Below are positions 39,195 to 48,102 of a stretch of 64,000 nt of DNA, in pieces. Positions within the stretch are counted from its first letter, which is position 1; every line of letters begins with the position of its first letter. Source of the stretch: an uncultured Chlamydiales bacterium (GTDB lineage: Bacteria; Chlamydiota; Chlamydiia; Chlamydiales; Rhabdochlamydiaceae); contig OY969554.1 in assembly GCA_963700985.1 (NCBI GenBank), positions 576,001 to 640,000 of the forward strand, read 5' to 3'. Below the pieces are notes generated by a model. That model saw only the letters and a program-made list of their open reading frames with translations. It ran no database searches and had not been told where the DNA came from. The translations under genes were made by a program, and so were the position numbers.

Positions 39195-40454
39195 ATGGAA
39201 GAAATTCTTAGTGTCACCCAGTTGACGGGTGCTATAAAAAAACATTTAGAAGGCCATTTCCCTGCATTAACTGTGCAAGGTGAAATTAGCAATTTTAAAG
39301 AACAATCCTCTGGCCACCTCTATTTTACTCTAAAAGATGCGCAAGCTCAGATCTCCGCGGTGCTGTTTAAAGGCAGCGCCCAGCTGCTCGCGCGCATGCC
39401 CAAAGCGGGCGATCAAGTGGTGGTCAAAGGAGAGCTGGCTGTATATGCTCCACGGGGTAATTATCAGATCATTGTGCGCGAACTTCGCTATGTGGGCGTA
39501 GGTGAGCTGCTTTTAAAACTCCATGAGCTAAAAGCTGAATTACAAGCCAAAGGCTGGTTCGATCCAAGGAGAAAGAAACCCCTCCCCCGCTTTCCAAAAA
39601 CCATTGGCGTAATTACAAGTCCCACCGGGGCAGTTATTCAAGATATTTTGCATGTATTAAGCCGTCGTTATGCAGGCTTTCAATTGCTCTTAAATCCGGT
39701 TAAGGTCCAAGGTGAGGGCGCCGCCCAAGAGATCGCCTGTGCCATTGAGCAGTTCAACCAGCATAAGCTCGCCGATGTACTCATCGTCGGTCGAGGGGGC
39801 GGTTCGCTGGAAGATCTCTGGGCGTTCAACGAAAAACGTGTGGCCGAAGCCATATTCGCCTCTAAAATTCCTATTATTTCGGCCGTGGGCCATGAGACCG
39901 ATTTCTGCATCGCCGATTTTGTGGCCGATGTGCGCGCACCCACCCCGTCTGCGGCCGCTGAAATTGTGATCGCAGAGAAAAACAAAGAGCTTCAATTCTT
40001 GGCACAGACGCATCAACGTATAAAAGAGACCTCAAGGCAGATCCTCCGCCAGCATAAGGAGCGGCTTAAATCGATCAGCCGTCAGCCAGCCATCTCTCAG
40101 CCTTTTTTCCTTTTGGGTAAATTTGCTCAAATGGTCGACGAGACCAAAAGCTCGCTAGATCACGCTCTTCAACGCCTGGTTCAAGAAAAAAAGTTAAAGC
40201 TCCTCGCGCTTCAAAGGCAAGCCAAAGCCCAAAGCCCTTTGACTCTGCTCACCTCGCTTAAGCAGAAGCTTGCCTTCACCTCTTCACACCTTAAAGCGAT
40301 CAATCCTAAAAACCTTTTAACAAAAGGTTATGCCATTGTCTTTCAGGAAAAAGAGAATTCAATTATCCTCTCGGCTAAGCAGGTCAAACCCGAAGAGGGG
40401 TTACGCATCCTCCTCCAAGATGGCACCGTCAAAGTTAAGGTAACAGAGTCATGA
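39195..40454 (+). CDS. xseA: Exodeoxyribonuclease VII large subunit
   Basis: [41 protein letters not shown]; start moved to ATG 39195. Confidence 0.96.
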   Translation: MEEILSVTQLTGAIKKHLEGHFPALTVQGEISNFKEQSSGHLYFTLKDAQAQISAVLFKGSAQLLARMPKAGDQVVVKGELAVYAPRGNYQIIVRELRYVGVGELLLKLHELKAELQAKGWFDPRRKKPLPRFPKTIGVITSPTGAVIQDILHVLSRRYAGFQLLLNPVKVQGEGAAQEIACAIEQFNQHKLADVLIVGRGGGSLEDLWAFNEKRVAEAIFASKIPIISAVGHETDFCIADFVADVRAPTPSAAAEIVIAEKNKELQFLAQTHQRIKETSRQILRQHKERLKSISRQPAISQPFFLLGKFAQMVDETKSSLDHALQRLVQEKKLKLLALQRQAKAQSPLTLLTSLKQKLAFTSSHLKAINPKNLLTKGYAIVFQEKENSIILSAKQVKPEEGLRILLQDGTVKVKVTES

Positions 40455-40744
40455 GCGAACAGACAGCGCATCCACAAGCTACATTTGAAGCCTCATATAC
40501 GCGGCTAGAACAGATCCTCGAAAAGATGAACTCTGGCGCAATTTCCCTAGACGATTCGATTAAACTCTATGAAGAGGCTGATCGCCTTATTTTACAGTGT
40601 CAAAGCCGTCTGAATGAAGCAGAACAAAAAATCGAAGTGCTGATTAAAAATCGCGATGGCACGCTTGCAACTGGTGAAAAAGATCAACCCCAACGCGAGG
40701 CTTTTAAGAGAGGCAATGCTAATACCGCTACTCTCGGAAATTAA
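40451..40744 (+). CDS. xseB: Exodeoxyribonuclease VII small subunit
   Basis: [11 protein letters not shown]...[11 protein letters not shown]...LNEAEQKI. Confidence 0.93.
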   Translation: MSEQTAHPQATFEASYTRLEQILEKMNSGAISLDDSIKLYEEADRLILQCQSRLNEAEQKIEVLIKNRDGTLATGEKDQPQREAFKRGNANTATLGN

Positions 40745-42623
40745 ACAGCCTAGTGATCTGCAAAAACTCTCACCTTCAGATTTAAAACTGCTGGCCGGTG
40801 AGATACGTCATACAATCATCGATGTGCTCTCTAAAAATGGCGGGCATCTAGCCTCTAATTTAGGCATGGTAGAGCTCTCTATCGCTCTGCACTACGTATT
40901 TAATTCCCCAGAAGATAAATTCATTTTTGATGTTAGCCACCAATCGTATACGCATAAATTACTCACCGGCAGATTAGATAAATTTTCAAAAATCCGCCAA
41001 TTCAAAGGATTATGCGGTTTCTGCAATCCTCAAGAATCCGAACACGATCACTTCTATGCCGGCCATGCAGGCACAGCCCTTTCGCTTGCATTGGGTGTGG
41101 CTAAAAACCGCGATCTCACCAAGCGCCACGAACATATTCTGCCTATTCTCGGTGATGCGAGCTTAACCTGCGGTCTTACACTCGAAGCGCTCAATAACAT
41201 CCCCAAAGACTTAAACCGCCTGATTGTGATTTTAAACGACAACAACATGTCGATCTCAAACAATGTGGGTGCAATCACAAACATTCTCTCACGCTTTTTA
41301 TCGAATCCAATCGCGAATAAAATTTACGAAGAGATCGAGTCACTGCTTTCAAAGATTCCTGGCTATGGCACTACACTTGCCAAGCATGGCCACAAGATGC
41401 GTGAGTCGCTTAAAAACCTGGTCAGCACAGCGCCCTTCTTTGAACAATTCGGCCTCTCTTATGTGGGTCCAATTGATGGTCACAACATCGATCAGCTCAT
41501 CGAAACCTTAGAGGCACTTAAAGGTGGCTCCAAACCCGTTATCTTGCACGTGCTCACGGTAAAAGGCCAAGGCATGGATAGCGCGTCCGTTAATCCCATT
41601 ACCTATCACGGCTGCCGGCCGTTTGATAAAGTCACAGGCAAATTTCTCCCCTCTTCCTCGAAGCCGACCTTTCCGCAGATCTTCGGCAAGCACATTTTAA
41701 AGATGGCTGAAAATGATCCGAGCTTGGTTACAGTCACTCCTGCCATGCCCGCTGGCTCTTGTCTTGATGAGTTCATGCACCGCTTTCCTGAACGCTGTCT
41801 AGATGTAGGAATTGCAGAAGGACACGCTGTGACCTTTTGCGGAGGCATTGCTTATGGCAAAAAAATGAAAGTTGTAGCCTGCATTTATGCGACCTTCTTG
41901 CAAAGGGCGCTGGATAACCTCTTTCAAGATGTCTGCTTGCAGCAGCTGCCAGTGCTCTTTGCGCTCGATCGCGGTGGCATCTCTGCAGCGGATGGCTCTA
42001 CACATCACGGCATCTATGACATCTCTTTCTTAAACGCGATGCCTAATATGGTAATCTGCCAACCTCGAAATGGACACCTGCTTAAAGAACTCTTAGAAAG
42101 CGCCTTTAATTGGAACAGGCCAGTGGCTGTGCGTTATCCTAATCTGGCTACTGAAGAACCCGATATGCCTTTGCAGCGTCGTGAACTGGGCGTAGCTGAA
42201 GTGCTCACTGAAGGCAAAGAGCTGCTGATTGTGGCGCTTGGACATATGTGCCAAATGGCGCTTCAAATTAAAGAACAGCTTAAAAGCCACGGCATCGACG
42301 CCACAGTGGTCGATCCAGTATTTGTGAAGCCGCTGGATAGCGATCTCTTCTGCCGCATTCTGCTCACTCACCGTTTCGTGGTCACCATTGAAGAGCACGC
42401 CTTAAGCGGCGGTTTAGGAATGATTTTTAATTCCTTTTTGGTACGCAGTGGATTTACTGGTCATCAAGTGCTCAACTTTGGTATTCCCGATACTTTTCTA
42501 GAACAAGGCACGCATGCTGAACTACTAAATGAGATCGGGCTAAATCCCGAAGCGATCTCAACTAAAATTTTACAAGAGTTTGACTTCTCTTCACTATCCT
42601 TAACCCCCGCGGCCAGATTATGA
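40716..42623 (+). CDS. dxs: 1-deoxy-D-xylulose-5-phosphate synthase
   Basis: [44 protein letters not shown]; start moved to ATG 40716. Confidence 0.96.
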   Translation: MLIPLLSEIKQPSDLQKLSPSDLKLLAGEIRHTIIDVLSKNGGHLASNLGMVELSIALHYVFNSPEDKFIFDVSHQSYTHKLLTGRLDKFSKIRQFKGLCGFCNPQESEHDHFYAGHAGTALSLALGVAKNRDLTKRHEHILPILGDASLTCGLTLEALNNIPKDLNRLIVILNDNNMSISNNVGAITNILSRFLSNPIANKIYEEIESLLSKIPGYGTTLAKHGHKMRESLKNLVSTAPFFEQFGLSYVGPIDGHNIDQLIETLEALKGGSKPVILHVLTVKGQGMDSASVNPITYHGCRPFDKVTGKFLPSSSKPTFPQIFGKHILKMAENDPSLVTVTPAMPAGSCLDEFMHRFPERCLDVGIAEGHAVTFCGGIAYGKKMKVVACIYATFLQRALDNLFQDVCLQQLPVLFALDRGGISAADGSTHHGIYDISFLNAMPNMVICQPRNGHLLKELLESAFNWNRPVAVRYPNLATEEPDMPLQRRELGVAEVLTEGKELLIVALGHMCQMALQIKEQLKSHGIDATVVDPVFVKPLDSDLFCRILLTHRFVVTIEEHALSGGLGMIFNSFLVRSGFTGHQVLNFGIPDTFLEQGTHAELLNEIGLNPEAISTKILQEFDFSSLSLTPAARL

Positions 42624-43462
42624 TCATCGCGCTCTTCCCCAACACACAGAAAAAAAACTCCAAGCACCTCGCGATTGGCATTTTTGAATTTTTAAGCGCG
42701 GCTGGAGTCACTGTGGTTGCCGAAGATGAAGATGCCGCGCTAATTGGCGCCACTCCTATTTCAAAAGTCGATCCGAAAGAAATTAAGTTTCTAATTTCTA
42801 TGGGCGGAGATGGCACAATTTTGCGCCTTTCACATAAGTATGCTCATCTGGATGCGGCTATCTTAGGCATAAATCTAGGCCATCTCGGCTTTTTGGCAGA
42901 CGTACCCATCGAAGATATCTATCCCAGCCTGCAAGATCTTATCAATGGCGCCTACACGATTGAAGAACGCGTAATGATCCAAGGCGAGAGCTCGCATGGC
43001 CCGCATTGTGTTGCGGTGAATGATATTGTGCTGCATCGCGCCCGAAACCCAAGCTTAGTTGAAATCGCCATCCACGTTGATGGTCTTTATTTGAATACTT
43101 TTGTAGCAGATGGAATCATTGTAGCCACCCCTAGCGGCTCTACCGCATATTCGCTTGCGGCGGGAGGCCCTATCATTAGCCCGACAATCGAAGCCCTCGT
43201 TATTACCCCGATAAGCCCTCATACCATTTCAAATCGTCCGATCGTTTTGACCTCCACGCATGAGATTCAGTTGCAATACTTAAGCGAATATGAACCCATA
43301 GAGATCCGCGCCGATGGTCTCACTCCGCAGAGTTTGCAGACAGGCGAAGTCTTTCGAATCACACGAAATAAAAGAAATTTTAAACTTGTCAATCTCTTAC
43401 GCCGAGACTACTTTTCGACCTTGCGTTCCAAGCTCGGCTGGGCTGGAAAGCTCCGCTCTTAA
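42620..43462 (+). CDS. nadK: NAD kinase
   Basis: [36 protein letters not shown]. Confidence 0.96.
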   Translation: MIIALFPNTQKKNSKHLAIGIFEFLSAAGVTVVAEDEDAALIGATPISKVDPKEIKFLISMGGDGTILRLSHKYAHLDAAILGINLGHLGFLADVPIEDIYPSLQDLINGAYTIEERVMIQGESSHGPHCVAVNDIVLHRARNPSLVEIAIHVDGLYLNTFVADGIIVATPSGSTAYSLAAGGPIISPTIEALVITPISPHTISNRPIVLTSTHEIQLQYLSEYEPIEIRADGLTPQSLQTGEVFRITRNKRNFKLVNLLRRDYFSTLRSKLGWAGKLRS

Positions 43463-43692
43463 AAAATCAGATAGCGTGATAATTCCGTAAAAAATTTCCT
43501 TACACTTTCTCTCTCACGATGTTCAATTTTTTCCTAGCGAGATAAAAATCATTTGGCTTCGTTTTTAAAAAGATCTGCTATATAATTGCCTGCAAAAAGA
43601 TGTAATTTACTCATCAAAACAAACATCATTATAATTTTTGTTGTTTACAAACGAAAATAAAAAGTCAGCAATCTTAATTAAGAGCAAATTGA

Positions 43693-45078
43693 ATGAGCAT
43701 TAAAATTAATGAGACTAGCCCACTTAATAGCATTCTTTCAGGCTTATCAGCGATTGGAGAAGAAGCTGCAGCAAAGATCTCGTATTGCTGCAACTCCGAA
43801 GACACAATAGCATCTTCCGCTCCGCAAGAAGATTGCATTGAAACAGTTTTTTCTACCATCTTTGGCACGGTCTCCATGGTATTGGATGTCATTTGGGAGT
43901 CTATCAGTAATTTTGTTTCTTATATCTGCGATACAATCGTCTGCATCTGCGGCGGAACACCGAGTAACAACAACATCAGTGCTGAGGCACTAGAAGCTAC
44001 CCGCTACTACAAACTCAACCGCGTACGCCTTTCTGAAGTCCCTCGTTCTATAGACCTTGAAAAGTTACCTCTTAATGTCTTCAAATTATCCGAGGAAGAA
44101 GTCGAAGCATTATATGACAATCTTTTAGTAGAGTTTGACCGAGTCTATCCCAAAATCGTGCCTGCAGCTAATCTTCCTGCAAATTGGGCAAATAAATTCG
44201 TCGAACCGTATAGAGATGATGAGACAAATAAGCTTAGCTACCGCCTCACTTCGAAAGGCCAAGCTTGGGAAGCACGTCAACCAGCAAATCCGCAAGTCGA
44301 CCTCGCGCGCGAGCTCACCTCCGCTCATGAAGAAAATCTTAAGCGTGCCGAGATGAGAGAATCTATCGAGGATCTAATTTCCCATGTTAAATTTAGAAAA
44401 GGAACGGCTGACCGTTTTCCTTATGGAGCTAATAATTCCCAGCTCTATCAAAACAAGGGAATTTTCGCATTCTTATTGAACATCTCCGAACGTCTGAAAA
44501 CCACTGAAAACTTAACCAAAAAAAGTGCAGTTCTTAACGGTTTGGCCGATGCCAAGGGGTGTGATCCGCAAAGATTTAAGTCGGTAAAAAATGAATGGGG
44601 GAAACTCTCTGGTACTGCGGTCGATCTAAAAGATCTCTACCTTGTAGCCACTAAATTTGCCAAACAAGAGATCTGCCTCAAACGTTTTCAGGGCTCTCAG
44701 TTTCATGCTATCAATGAGGCTATGCGTAAAGTAGCCGATTGGGGCTTAGATCCTGATGTCGCTGAGCTCAATGATCCTTATGCCCGTGGCGGCCTGATTT
44801 CTCCGCTTAACGTGCGCTATACACTCAACCAAGATTTTACACCTGCCTGTGCGCTATCGGCTTTTAAAAATAGCCTGGACTGGTTGGATAACCAGCTCCC
44901 GGTAAACGAATTTTTAGAAAGACACGCAGATCAACTTCCTGAGGATTGGGTAGAAAGTTTTTATGAAACCTTTAATGATCCAGATACAGGTAAAAATCAA
45001 CGCCGCCTTAATTACCGCGGCTCAGCTTGGATAGTAGGGCAGCTTGGCTACTTTTCCAGTGCTCTACCAATCTTATAA
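43693..45078 (+). CDS. Hypothetical effector-like protein, paralog of the next gene
   Basis: Cys-rich amphipathic leader; shares KK..C, H..WGLD, VNE and LNY.G motifs with 45101-46474. Confidence 0.8.
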   Translation: MSIKINETSPLNSILSGLSAIGEEAAAKISYCCNSEDTIASSAPQEDCIETVFSTIFGTVSMVLDVIWESISNFVSYICDTIVCICGGTPSNNNISAEALEATRYYKLNRVRLSEVPRSIDLEKLPLNVFKLSEEEVEALYDNLLVEFDRVYPKIVPAANLPANWANKFVEPYRDDETNKLSYRLTSKGQAWEARQPANPQVDLARELTSAHEENLKRAEMRESIEDLISHVKFRKGTADRFPYGANNSQLYQNKGIFAFLLNISERLKTTENLTKKSAVLNGLADAKGCDPQRFKSVKNEWGKLSGTAVDLKDLYLVATKFAKQEICLKRFQGSQFHAINEAMRKVADWGLDPDVAELNDPYARGGLISPLNVRYTLNQDFTPACALSAFKNSLDWLDNQLPVNEFLERHADQLPEDWVESFYETFNDPDTGKNQRRLNYRGSAWIVGQLGYFSSALPIL

Positions 45079-45100
45079 TTAAAAAATAGGGTAAGAAACG

Positions 45101-46474
45101 ATGACAATCACGCAACTTTCTTCACTTCACCAGACGCCGCAAATTTATGCACCAGAAGTGGTAGCCAATCAAAACTTTGACATGGATGCGCTTGCTAAAA
45201 TTATCGGCCTTATTATTTTGTGTGTGTCAGCGATCTTTCTAGCCCTTACCACTTTCTTTTGCTGCTGCAATGAGGAAGATGCTCTACAACAAGTGGATGG
45301 AAATGCACTTCCAGCCAACGCCGCTGGCTGCGTCAGAGTTCTGCCCAATTTCTCCGTTGATCCAACCAAAACTTCTAGTGCAGTTACCCAAGACTATATT
45401 GTTAATGCACAGATGTTGAGTGTTACACCTCCTCGCTCTGAAGATCTTTGGAAAACACTTGCTGGACGCAATACAGATCAAGTCCAGGTTGTAGATCTGA
45501 TGACATGGTACAACACACTCTTTCAACCTAACCTGCTGGCGGGTAAAAATCTAACGTCCGCTCAACGCAAAGAAATCTCCACTAACCGAGCCTCGATCCA
45601 GCAACTCATCATCGACATTGCAGAAAGGCCTGACGCATGCCTCTCCTTCCCCTTTTTACCGAATGGGAATATCAACCCTCATTACGGTATACAAGAAGAT
45701 ACGATTAGGGACGCAAGAGGCAACGTAGTACGCAAGCTAGTGAAAAATAAACGCGAATATTGGCTTAAGCTTTGGGCAGAGATTAAACTCATCACCCAAA
45801 ACCTTATCCTTGAGTTTAGAAATCCAGAGACGCCCATTTATAAAAAGCAGGAAGCTATCTCGAAAGTTGCGGTTGCTTCCAGGCTCTGCCGCATGCGTCT
45901 TCGCGAAGAGGGCATCGTGCAATTTAGAATCCTGACAAATACGACAACCGACGTCGTAGATAAGTTCATCGTCTGGGCTCAGATGATTAAAGAAGACATC
46001 ATCCTCGCCAATTTACAAGACAAGGAGATGCATGTCCTTACTCTCGCTCGTCAAGATTTGGCCGTTGCAAAACCATGGGGGCTAGATCGAAGCGTGCTGA
46101 GTCAACAAGACATTGGCGTTGCTGTCGTAAAGCCAATTCCAACAGAAGAATTCCTCGATGTTCTAGAGCAGAATTATCAGCCAGTAAACATGGTCGAACT
46201 TTTCCATATGCACCTACTTAATGATAGCGACTGGAGAGGCACTCTTGCCAGCGTGAATGAGCTTTTCCAAGCGCATTATGACGAAATCGTGGCACGAAAC
46301 GAAGATCTTCCAGACTATTTTGACACAGTTGGCAGTGGCACGAAAATGGAGACGATTCTTAACTACAAAGGCGTGGCGATGCTCGCAGAGATTTGCGGCC
46401 ACCTCAATCCGCCTGATGGCGTGGTCCCCATTCGCAGTGCTAGAGCACTCGCAAAAATAGCCGAACAAAGCTAA
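45101..46474 (+). CDS. Hypothetical effector-like protein with a TM segment followed by CCC
   Basis: IIGLIILCVSAIFLALTTFFCCC; C-terminal motifs shared with 43693-45078. Confidence 0.8.
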   Translation: MTITQLSSLHQTPQIYAPEVVANQNFDMDALAKIIGLIILCVSAIFLALTTFFCCCNEEDALQQVDGNALPANAAGCVRVLPNFSVDPTKTSSAVTQDYIVNAQMLSVTPPRSEDLWKTLAGRNTDQVQVVDLMTWYNTLFQPNLLAGKNLTSAQRKEISTNRASIQQLIIDIAERPDACLSFPFLPNGNINPHYGIQEDTIRDARGNVVRKLVKNKREYWLKLWAEIKLITQNLILEFRNPETPIYKKQEAISKVAVASRLCRMRLREEGIVQFRILTNTTTDVVDKFIVWAQMIKEDIILANLQDKEMHVLTLARQDLAVAKPWGLDRSVLSQQDIGVAVVKPIPTEEFLDVLEQNYQPVNMVELFHMHLLNDSDWRGTLASVNELFQAHYDEIVARNEDLPDYFDTVGSGTKMETILNYKGVAMLAEICGHLNPPDGVVPIRSARALAKIAEQS

Positions 46475-46480
46475 GCCGAC

Positions 46481-46642
46481 CGAGCTCTTTTAGCAAATCA
46501 TTTACAGGATATGCAGGATCGGCGCAAAGCGCCGGCAGGATGCGCAAGATAAAGAAATTGCTTCCCCTCTTCATCCTACTTATCCAGCCGACGCGTAAGC
46601 GACGATCTTGCCAGCGCAACGGATCCTGTTATTTTTCCAAAA
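46481..46642. repeat. CAGGAT/ATCCTG repeat, copy 5 (most complete)
   Basis: 4+4 units with inserted hairpins CGGCGC-AAA-GCGCCG and CGC-GTAA-GCG; between convergent genes. Confidence 0.88.
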
Positions 46643-46649
46643 AGCTGTT

Positions 46650-47486
46650 TTAAGATGTCTGTACTTTGAGAAAGAGAGCCTGCAGGACGTAAGAAAGCTT
46701 AACGTGACGTTCAAGCGCAAGCCTGCACTCTTCCAATTGCGGCAAAAGCTGCACTAAACTTGTTGGATGGTGCTCCCGGAAAAAGAGCGCGATCTCTTCT
46801 AAAAGATTCGCTTCATCTTCTTCAGAAACTAACTCTTCTAAATTCTTTAAAATGGCTAGATTGCGCTTCGCAAAAAGCTCTTCTACCAGCTGAGGAATCT
46901 GGCTCTCGCCCCTTTCTGCAAGGTGGCAAGCTTTGGCGGGCGAACCTTGTGCCAAGAAAGCGATTCTTTCTGCCTCTTTTGATCCGAGATTGAAACGGTT
47001 GGCAATAAAGGCTGAGATCTCTTGATTCGGCACAGGGAAAAATGCGACCTTCGCACAACGTGAAAGCAGCGTGGGCAGCAGCTGCTCGGACTCACTAGAA
47101 ATCAGAAAAAAATAAGCGTTTGTCTGTGGCTCTTCCAGCGTCTTTAAAAGCGCATTGCTGGAAGCAGGCTGCATCCTTTCAGCCTCATCGAGAATGAAGA
47201 CCTTTACGGGCGCTTCAAACGGCGCCATGGCAGCCTCATCGATCAGCTCGCGCATCGATTCCATAGTGTGCAGTGCGCTCTTACCGGTAGGTGCATAAAG
47301 ATGCAGATCCGCCGGATGGCTCTTTGTTGAGTTAAGTAGTTTGGCCGCAAGCGCACGCGCAAATAGCGCTTTTCCCACGCCTTTTGGCCCTGAAAAAAGC
47401 AGCGTATTGGGCAAGCGTGCTTTTTCGGTGAGTTTAAGTAGCAACTCTTTCGCTGCGGGATTACCGAGCAGATGCGAGAAGATCAT
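46650..47486 (-). CDS. holB: DNA polymerase III delta-prime subunit
   Basis: LFSGPKGVGK, KVFILDEAERM, NALLKTLEEP, LLPTLLSRC; follows tmk. Confidence 0.92.
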   Translation of the reverse strand: MIFSHLLGNPAAKELLLKLTEKARLPNTLLFSGPKGVGKALFARALAAKLLNSTKSHPADLHLYAPTGKSALHTMESMRELIDEAAMAPFEAPVKVFILDEAERMQPASSNALLKTLEEPQTNAYFFLISSESEQLLPTLLSRCAKVAFFPVPNQEISAFIANRFNLGSKEAERIAFLAQGSPAKACHLAERGESQIPQLVEELFAKRNLAILKNLEELVSEEDEANLLEEIALFFREHHPTSLVQLLPQLEECRLALERHVKLSYVLQALFLKVQTS

Positions 47487-48096
47487 CGATGCGCTCCAAA
47501 GCATTTTTGAAAACCTCATCAGGCGTCCGCGAGGCGTCGAGGATCTTAAAGCGTCCGGCCTCTTTTTTAGCGATCTGATGGAATGCTTGACGGATCTTTT
47601 GATGGAAAAGCAGTGTTTCGGCTTCGATTTTATCTTTGCCTTCTTTGACCTGCTGCAAGCGCTTTAATCCGATTTGAGGGTCTAGATCGAGATAGAGTGT
47701 GAGATGCGGCTCTAAACCTTGACAGGCAAAGGCGCATAGCTTGCGCACTTCATCTTCGCCAAGCCCACGAGCTGCACCCTGGTAAGTAATTGTAGAGTCG
47801 TTATAGCGATCGCAGAGAACGATCTGCGCTTTCTTTAAAGACGGTGCAATGATCTCTTCGACATGTTGAGCGCGATCGGCAAGAAAAAGAAAGAGTTCTG
47901 TGCGTGGGGCAAGCGGCGCTTCTTCACGGTTCAAGAGCAAGTTGCGGATCACCTCTCCGACATGGGTTCCTCCTGGAGCCCGTGTCTTGACCACCGCCAA
48001 ACCCTTCTCTTTTAACGTTACAAATAGCCGCTCCATCAGGGTGGATTTTCCTGCACCCTCCCCGCCTTCAAAGGTAATTAGCAGCCCTTTTGACAT
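47461..48096 (-). CDS. tmk: Thymidylate kinase
   Basis: FEGGEGAGKST, FLADRAQH, LCDRY.DS...YQG. Confidence 0.96.
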   Translation of the reverse strand: MSKGLLITFEGGEGAGKSTLMERLFVTLKEKGLAVVKTRAPGGTHVGEVIRNLLLNREEAPLAPRTELFLFLADRAQHVEEIIAPSLKKAQIVLCDRYNDSTITYQGAARGLGEDEVRKLCAFACQGLEPHLTLYLDLDPQIGLKRLQQVKEGKDKIEAETLLFHQKIRQAFHQIAKKEAGRFKILDASRTPDEVFKNALERIDDLLASAR

Positions 48097-48102
48097 CGAA
48101 GC

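Noticed and set aside
3935-46642. CAGGAT repeats as a CRISPR array
   Set aside because: Units are 6-9 nt, inverted and dispersed; there are no constant repeats with unique spacers and no cas genes
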